From the sequence record NC_041919.1: 64,000 nt of DNA; one strand, given 5' to 3'. Position numbers and translations under genes: made by a program. The DNA is from Escherichia phage HP3. This document shows positions 58,171 to 64,000 of this stretch, piece after piece (the stretch's first letter is position 1; the number at the start of each line of letters is the position of its first letter). Below the pieces are notes generated by a model. That model had not been told where the DNA came from. It saw only the letters and a program-made list of their open reading frames with translations, and searched no databases.

Positions 58171-59499
58171 ATGCAACTGAATAATCGTGATTTAAAAAGT
58201 ATCATTGATAATGAAGCATTGGCTTATGCTATGTACACGGTTGAAAATCGTGCCATTCCAAATATGATTGACGGATTTAAGCCAGTTCAACGATTTGTTA
58301 TTGCTCGAGCTCTTGATTTGGCACGAGGAAATAAAGATAAGTTTCACAAACTCGCTTCTATCGCAGGCGGTGTAGCGGACCTTGGATATCATCATGGTGA
58401 AAACTCTGCGCAAGACGCAGGTGCTTTGATGGCTAACACTTGGAATAATAACTTTCCTCTGTTAGACGGTCAAGGAAACTTCGGTTCTCGTACTGTCCAA
58501 AAGGCAGCAGCAAGTCGTTATATTTTTGCTCGTGTAAGTAAAAATTTCTATAACGTATATAAAGATACTGAATATGCTCCGGTACATCAAGATAAAGAAC
58601 ACATTCCGCCTGCTTTCTATTTGCCTGTTATTCCTACTGTTCTTCTTAATGGCGTTTCCGGTATTGCAACTGGTTATGCAACTTACATTCTTCCTCATAG
58701 TGTTTCTTCTGTCAAGAAAGCTGTACTGCAAGCTCTTCAAGGAAAGAAAGTAACTAAACCGAAGGTAGAATTCCCAGAATTTCGTGGTGAAGTCGTTGAA
58801 ATTGATGGGCAATATGAAATTCGTGGAACATATAAGTTTACTTCACGAACTCAAATGCATATCACTGAGATTCCATATAAGTATGATCGTGAAACTTACG
58901 TGAGTAAAATCTTAGACCCACTTGAAGATAAAGGCTTCATTACATGGGATGATGCTTGTGGTGAGCATGGCTTTGGCTTCAAAGTTAAATTCCGAAAAGA
59001 ATACTCTTTGAGCGATAATGAAGAAGAACGCCATGCAAAAATTATGAAAGACTTCGGACTGATTGAGCGTCGTTCTCAGAATATTACAGTCATTAATGAG
59101 AAAGGAAAGCTGCAAGTTTACGATAACGTAGTTGATTTAATCAAAGACTTCGTTGAAGTTCGTAAAACTTATGTCCAAAAACGAATTGATAACAAAATCA
59201 AAGAAACTGAATCAGCATTTCGTTTAGCTTTTGCCAAGGCACATTTCATTAAGAAAGTAATTTCAGGTGAAATTGTTGTACAAGGTAAAACTCGCAAAGA
59301 ACTGACCGAAGAACTTTCTAAAATTGATATGTATTCTTCTTATGTTGATAAACTAGTTGGAATGAACATTTTTCATATGACTTCCGACGAAGCAAAGAAA
59401 CTTGCTGAAGAAGCTAAAGCCAAAAAAGAAGAAAACGAATATTGGAAAACTACTGATGTAGTTACAGAATACACCAAAGATTTAGAGGAAATCAAATGA
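58171..59499 (+). CDS. 52: DNA topoisomerase II medium subunit gp52 (GyrA-like)
   Basis: 442 aa; size and sequence fit T4 gp52. Confidence 0.95.
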   Translation: MQLNNRDLKSIIDNEALAYAMYTVENRAIPNMIDGFKPVQRFVIARALDLARGNKDKFHKLASIAGGVADLGYHHGENSAQDAGALMANTWNNNFPLLDGQGNFGSRTVQKAAASRYIFARVSKNFYNVYKDTEYAPVHQDKEHIPPAFYLPVIPTVLLNGVSGIATGYATYILPHSVSSVKKAVLQALQGKKVTKPKVEFPEFRGEVVEIDGQYEIRGTYKFTSRTQMHITEIPYKYDRETYVSKILDPLEDKGFITWDDACGEHGFGFKVKFRKEYSLSDNEEERHAKIMKDFGLIERRSQNITVINEKGKLQVYDNVVDLIKDFVEVRKTYVQKRIDNKIKETESAFRLAFAKAHFIKKVISGEIVVQGKTRKELTEELSKIDMYSSYVDKLVGMNIFHMTSDEAKKLAEEAKAKKEENEYWKTTDVVTEYTKDLEEIK

Positions 59500-59645
59500 G
59501 TCCATTCATTGGTATCACAAGCGCTGCATTAGTATCTGGTGGCATTTTACTGGCGGGTTTAGGTGTTGTTCCTGCCGTAGCAGGAGGTCTTCTTGCGTTC
59601 GGAATTCAACGTGTTATCATGACAGTTATCACAGTCATGCAGTAA
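59496..59645 (+). CDS. hypothetical small membrane protein (49 aa)
   Basis: ATG 59496 overlapping gene 52 stop (ATGA); Gly/Ala-rich hydrophobic. Confidence 0.35.
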   Translation: MSPFIGITSAALVSGGILLAGLGVVPAVAGGLLAFGIQRVIMTVITVMQ

Positions 59646-59650
59646 TTTTA

Positions 59651-59680
59651 GGGAGAGCCGAGGCTCTCCCTTTTTTATTT
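59651..59680 (+). terminator. rho-independent terminator (GGGAGAGCC-GA-GGCTCTCCC + T6)
   Basis: 9-bp stem plus T-run. Confidence 0.75.
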
Positions 59681-59701
59681 CAAAAATTTTTTCACAAAAC
59701 G

Positions 59702-59731
59702 GTTTACAACCAAAGCATACTGTGGTACTAT
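59702..59731 (+). promoter_or_regulatory. T4-type early promoter
   Basis: GTTTAC 59702-59707, TACTAT 59726-59731. Confidence 0.7.
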
Positions 59732-59780
59732 ACAACTATCAAATAAATGAACTGAAACAAACAACCCGGAGATACAAAAA

Positions 59781-60008
59781 ATGAAATTTAAAATCGAAAA
59801 CGAAATCGTTAAAGCTAAAAATGCTCTGACTGCTAACAAACTGGTTGTAGATGGTATTGAATATGATATCTGTGGAGTTCGTGAAGAAAAACCTGGTGTT
59901 CTGACTTTCTTCACAATGATTTTTAAATTTAAAGGTGACACAGAATTCAAACAGTTTGATTTTGCCCATGAAGACGAAATCGAAGTTCGTAATCTGAACA
60001 TTAAGTAA
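59781..60008 (+). CDS. hypothetical protein (75 aa)
   Basis: ORF after CCGGAGATAC. Confidence 0.5.
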   Translation: MKFKIENEIVKAKNALTANKLVVDGIEYDICGVREEKPGVLTFFTMIFKFKGDTEFKQFDFAHEDEIEVRNLNIK

Positions 60009-60047
60009 GTACTTTATTAGAGCTCTTGAAAAAGAGTGCAAAAAAGT

Positions 60048-60076
60048 GTTTACTTCTGCTTTAAACATGATACTAT
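60048..60076 (+). promoter_or_regulatory. T4-type early promoter (motA)
   Basis: GTTTAC 60048-60053, TACTAT 60071-60076. Confidence 0.65.
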
Positions 60077-60113
60077 AGACCTATCAAATAAATGAACTGA
60101 AACGGAGATTAAA

Positions 60114-60749
60114 ATGTCTAAAGTAACTTACATCATCAAAGCTTCTAACGATGTTCTGAATGAAAAAACTGCTGCGATTTTAATTACCATTGCTAAGAAA
60201 GATTTCATTACAGCCGCAGAAGTTCGTGAGGTGCATCCAGATTTAGGTAATGCAGTAGTTAATAGTAATATTGGGGTATTGATTAAAAAAGGCCTGGTGG
60301 AGAAATCTGGTGATGGATTAATCATTACTGGTGAAGCTCAGGATATTATTTCAAATGCAGCAACTTTATACGCACAGGAAAACGCTCCGGAACTGCTGAA
60401 AAAACGAGCAACTCGTAAAGCTCGTGAGATTACTTCTGATATGGAAGAAGATAAAGACTTCATGTTAAAACTTTTAGATGAAAATGGATTTGTTCTTAAA
60501 AAGGTTGAAACTTACCGCAGTAACTATCTCGCTATTTTAGAAAAACGCACTCACGGAATTCGTAATTTTGAAATTAACAACAATGGAAATATGCGAATTT
60601 TTGGATACAAAATGATGGAACATCATATTCAGAAATTTACTGACATCGGAATGTCATGTAAAATCGCTAAAAACGGTAATGTGTATCTTGACATTAAACG
60701 CTCGGCAGAAAACATTGAAGCTGTAATCACTGTAGCATCTGAACTGTGA
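60114..60749 (+). CDS. motA: middle-transcription activator MotA
   Basis: 211 aa; matches remembered T4 MotA. Confidence 0.9.
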   Translation: MSKVTYIIKASNDVLNEKTAAILITIAKKDFITAAEVREVHPDLGNAVVNSNIGVLIKKGLVEKSGDGLIITGEAQDIISNAATLYAQENAPELLKKRATRKAREITSDMEEDKDFMLKLLDENGFVLKKVETYRSNYLAILEKRTHGIRNFEINNNGNMRIFGYKMMEHHIQKFTDIGMSCKIAKNGNVYLDIKRSAENIEAVITVASEL

Positions 60750-60759
60750 GGAATAAATA

Positions 60760-61089
60760 ATGAACAAGTTAGAAATTGTTAATGAACTTCGTCGTTGTGC
60801 AGAACCTACTCAAGAGGGTTGGGATATTTGGTACCATGGAGCTTATCTTGGAACTATTGTAAAGATTAAGACTGGTAAATACATGATTATTCGTGAAAGT
60901 AAAGATGCTCCAGTAGGTATTCGCAATAATTTTATGGCAGCGATAAGTTCATTTACGGATGCAGCTTACGAAATTTACCTTGCTGATTATAAAGAATTCC
61001 AGGAATCTCAACCAGTTATTCGTTCAATTGGTGTTAACAAAGCTCAACAGAAAACTTTATGGCAACGTATTAAAGGATGGTTTAAATGA
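60760..61089 (+). CDS. hypothetical protein (109 aa)
   Basis: ORF. Confidence 0.5.
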   Translation: MNKLEIVNELRRCAEPTQEGWDIWYHGAYLGTIVKIKTGKYMIIRESKDAPVGIRNNFMAAISSFTDAAYEIYLADYKEFQESQPVIRSIGVNKAQQKTLWQRIKGWFK

Positions 61090-61237
61090 AAACATTTAAA
61101 ATTGTCGTAGAATTTTATAACGGCGAAGGTGTAGTCCATCTTAAAGCGGCCAACCAGTTTGATGCGGTAAGAGTATATTGTCAATGCTTTGAAAGTTCTA
61201 AACAAGCTATAAAAATTAAAAGTGTTGAGGAAACCAA

Positions 61238-61705
61238 ATGAAAACCTTCAAAGAGCGTCTTGAATTATTAGACCTAGCTTTATTACGTGAAACTCCAGAA
61301 AGTCTAGCAGCTAAATTACAGGCCTATGGCGACTACACCGAATATACGGAAGAGGATGTTTTAGAAGAGGTTCCTGAAATCTGTTGGCAAGTAGCTCATT
61401 GGAACAATAATGAAAAATATCAACGTCGAATTGTGTGTGCAGCCAACCGCTTTAAGTTAAAAGATGGTGGGACTCTGGTTATTCCTGGTGCTCGTCATTA
61501 TTCTAAAGATATGGCTGAAGTTCTTGACCAGGTAAGTGATAAACTTGTATCAGACCATGTTTGTGGTGAAGACCAAGGATTTATTGACCAGTATAGCAAT
61601 TACTGGACACGTGAAGAAGCAATGATTATTGCAACTTACGCTGGACAAGTGCGTATTGAACGTGGTGGTAGTGAAAAAGAACTTTACTCTGAGGACCTTT
61701 ACTAA
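61238..61705 (+). CDS. hypothetical protein (155 aa)
   Basis: ORF. Confidence 0.5.
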   Translation: MKTFKERLELLDLALLRETPESLAAKLQAYGDYTEYTEEDVLEEVPEICWQVAHWNNNEKYQRRIVCAANRFKLKDGGTLVIPGARHYSKDMAEVLDQVSDKLVSDHVCGEDQGFIDQYSNYWTREEAMIIATYAGQVRIERGGSEKELYSEDLY

Positions 61706-62001
61706 TGAATATTAAAAAGTTTCAAATTGATGGAATTAAGAATCAAATCCAGGCGTTGGAATATGCCAATAAAATGATGTCAACTAATTGGGGAATTTAT
61801 GCCAATGAACCGGCATTTCAGTTCTGTGATATGGAATTCACCAAAAAGCTCGTAGGAAAAGATTATGTATGTCCATTTAGTTCTCCAGTAAATGGAATGT
61901 TAAAACCTGCTTTACGCGATCTTTATATTGCGATGAACGAAGAAATGATAAAAGAACTAAAACGTCAACTGAAGGTGATTCAATTTGGCCAGGGAAATTA
62001 A
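61705..62001 (+). CDS. hypothetical protein (98 aa)
   Basis: ORF with TAATG junction. Confidence 0.5.
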   Translation: MNIKKFQIDGIKNQIQALEYANKMMSTNWGIYANEPAFQFCDMEFTKKLVGKDYVCPFSSPVNGMLKPALRDLYIAMNEEMIKELKRQLKVIQFGQGN

Positions 62002-62203
62002 TTCAAAATCTGATTATTTTAATTCTCTCAATGATAAAGATAAAAATCTAATAAGGCATTTTATTGTTGAGATGGGATATACTGATACACGTGATTTAAG
62101 AGAACATATATTTGAATGTGGTGTAGCTAAAAAGTTTTCATTCACATGCAAATGTTTAAGAGAGGTAATTCAGCACTATGAACAATTTAGTCGCAAAGCA
62201 TAA
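61985..62203 (+). CDS. hypothetical protein (72 aa), start uncertain
   Basis: ORF overlapping previous gene end. Confidence 0.35.
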   Translation: MAREINSKSDYFNSLNDKDKNLIRHFIVEMGYTDTRDLREHIFECGVAKKFSFTCKCLREVIQHYEQFSRKA

Positions 62204-62286
62204 TTTTAATAAAGCTTCTGTTCATAAGGATAAGAAGAAAGCGTTTAAAGAATCTAATCGCAAACAGAAACATAAGGGGAAGGTCT

Positions 62287-62565
62287 ATGATTATTGATTC
62301 TCAGTCTGTGGTTCAATACACAATCAAAATTGATATTCTAGAAAAGCTATATAAGTTTCTACCAAACCTATACCATTCAATTGTCAATGAATTAGTTGAA
62401 GAGTTACATCTTGAGAATAATGATTTCTTGATTGGAACTTATAAAGACCTCTCAAAAGCAGGATATTTTTACGTAATTCCAGCTCCAGGAAAAAGTATTG
62501 ATGATGTATTAAAAACTATAATGATTTATGTCCATGATTACGAAATTGAAGATTATTTCGAATGA
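62287..62565 (+). CDS. arn: Arn-like anti-restriction protein
   Basis: 92 aa acidic protein next to asiA, matching T4 arn in size and position. Confidence 0.55.
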   Translation: MIIDSQSVVQYTIKIDILEKLYKFLPNLYHSIVNELVEELHLENNDFLIGTYKDLSKAGYFYVIPAPGKSIDDVLKTIMIYVHDYEIEDYFE

Positions 62566-62726
62566 GTCATAATCTTGAAATGGTAATCGAGCATAATGTA
62601 GCTCAGGAACGCGAGTCGTTCAAGGAATTCGTAGAAAAAATTTTTGAAGAAAATAACACAGACCAGTTTACAAATCAAGCGTCTGATGATATTATAACAA
62701 AGTCAACTAATTGAGTGGTATAGTTA

Positions 62727-62999
62727 ATGAATAAAAACATTGATACAGTTCGTGAAATTATTACTGTTGCATCTATTTTGATTAAATTTTCCAGAGAAGA
62801 TATTGTTGAGAATCGTGCTAATTTTATTGCATTTCTTAATGAGATTGGAGTAACGCATGAAGGTAGAAAGTTAAATCAGAATTCATTTCGTAAAATTGTT
62901 TCTGAATTAACTCAAGAAGATAAGAAAACCCTCATCGATGAATTCAACGAGGGTTTTGAGGGTGTATATCGATATCTAGAAATGTATACGAACAAATAA
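62727..62999 (+). CDS. asiA: anti-sigma70 factor AsiA
   Basis: 90 aa; MNKNIDTVREIITVASILIKFSREDIVENRANFIAFLNEIG matches remembered T4 AsiA. Confidence 0.9.
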   Translation: MNKNIDTVREIITVASILIKFSREDIVENRANFIAFLNEIGVTHEGRKLNQNSFRKIVSELTQEDKKTLIDEFNEGFEGVYRYLEMYTNK

Positions 63000-63656
63000 T
63001 TATTTAGCCCTTCCTAATATTCTGGCCGCCTGAGCACATATTGATTCAAGGCGGTCATTACTTATATGATCATTTCTATACCAGTACATGGTTATCGTTC
63101 CAGCATAGATATTATCCAAATTAAAATATGGACAACTGTACATGTAGTTTATTTCGGGAGTAGGCTTTTTAGTTGGTAAAAAAGCAAATTTTGAGTCGGA
63201 ATAATAATGACGTCCATTTAAATGAACTGCATATTCATCCATAGTTTTATCAACAGGATATCCTCCAAGTGATTTTTCGCTTATTGTTGAAGGTAATTTT
63301 CCTTCGTATGCTATAATATCAACAAAATAGTTTAAGTTTTTAGGGCGGAAAGAATATACCGCACTAAAGTCTGCCTCAGATGATATATGAACTATCTGGA
63401 GTTGTTCCAGGGCGACAGATTCAAAGCGTGCATTTCTTTCCTTTTCAATAATTTCGCTGTATGTTTCATACTTTGATTGCTTATAGTACTCAAAGAAACT
63501 ATCTCCCCTATACCAAACAATCGCCATCATAAATAAAAGAATTACGACAGCTACCCGGGAAGCAAGAACATTCCCGGTAGCGTTATCTTTGAACAAGCGA
63601 TCTAGAACACCCAACAGAATATCAGAGGGCGAAAATGATATTCTAGGTGCTGCCAT
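63000..63656 (-). CDS. t: holin T
   Basis: 218 aa on - strand, single N-terminal transmembrane segment; size and sequence fit T4 holin; AAGGAGG RBS. Confidence 0.9.
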   Translation of the reverse strand: MAAPRISFSPSDILLGVLDRLFKDNATGNVLASRVAVVILLFMMAIVWYRGDSFFEYYKQSKYETYSEIIEKERNARFESVALEQLQIVHISSEADFSAVYSFRPKNLNYFVDIIAYEGKLPSTISEKSLGGYPVDKTMDEYAVHLNGRHYYSDSKFAFLPTKKPTPEINYMYSCPYFNLDNIYAGTITMYWYRNDHISNDRLESICAQAARILGRAK

Positions 63657-63686
63657 AGACCCTCCTTTTAAGGATATTTATTCAAA

Positions 63687-64000
63687 TTATACTCTTGGAC
63701 CATATATTGCTCCAACGTTTTGCCATGTCGGCGTAGACCCTATGACGGCATAACCGGCAGCTCCGCCATCGTATTCATATCCTTGACCACGAATATTACA
63801 TCTACCTCCCGCTGAACCTACTTCACCGCCGTTTCCACCATTATATATACCATTCACGGATCCTGAGCCAGGTGCAGAAATAGTACCGCCAGTCGCGCCT
63901 GATTGCATATCAATAGATCCGCCTGGCGCACCAAAAGGACGACCGCCACCGCCGCCAAAGGTCAATCTCATTTGTGAAAAAGGAGAATAATATCCGCCGC
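63687..64000 (-). CDS. 38: gene 38 product, 3' portion (adhesin-type, glycine-rich); truncated by window end
   Basis: - strand frame with poly-Gly tracts (GGGGGRPFGAPGG, GGNGGEVGSAGG) upstream of holin t; N-terminus lies beyond 64000. Confidence 0.65.
   Translation of the reverse strand, partial: GGYYSPFSQMRLTFGGGGGRPFGAPGGSIDMQSGATGGTISAPGSGSVNGIYNGGNGGEVGSAGGRCNIRGQGYEYDGGAAGYAVIGSTPTWQNVGAIYGPRV

Noticed and set aside
63657-63686. Late promoter for holin t on the - strand
   Set aside because: The upstream region reads GAATAAATAT on the - strand, not an exact TATAAATA; plausible but not supportable from sequence alone.

Overview
This 64 kb window reads as the early/middle-gene arm of a T4-like (T-even) bacteriophage, in the orientation opposite to the conventional T4 map, so almost every gene is on the + strand. 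All identifications are from reading the sequence and ORF translations against remembered T4 biology; no database search was possible. Gene order recognised: nrdC, pin, 49, nrdD, an HNH endonuclease (mobC-like), nrdG, nrdH-like, 55, alpha-gt, 47, 46, rpbA, 45, 44, 62, regA, 43, imm, 42, a glycosyltransferase at the beta-gt position, uvsX, 40, 41, dmd, sp, 61, dam, 56, soc, modB, modA, dda, dexA, an unsplit gene 39, rIIA, rIIB, denB, ndd, 52, motA, arn, asiA, then convergent late genes t (holin) and the 3' end of gene 38 on the - strand. Several features suggest a T2/T6-type phage rather than T4 itself: gene 39 is a single 605-aa frame with no gene 60 or mobA, nrdD is uninterrupted, there is no segF-sized ORF between 56 and soc, the ORF beside gene 42 is not T4 beta-gt, and gene 38 ends in glycine-rich tracts. 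The window is punctuated by sigma70-type early promoters (GTTTAC -35, TAYWAT -10), MotA-box middle promoters, one TATAAATA late promoter and many GC-clamped UUCG-tetraloop hairpins. Best candidates for something not described in T4: (1) a 186-aa ORF with a PD-(D/E)xK-like nuclease motif translationally coupled to dam, next to a convergent small membrane ORF and a perfect palindrome over its promoter; (2) a glutaredoxin-like nrdH frame with no in-frame start codon; (3) dispersed regulatory cassettes that place near-identical leaders and start codons in front of unrelated genes. No rRNA, tRNA or CRISPR array was seen.
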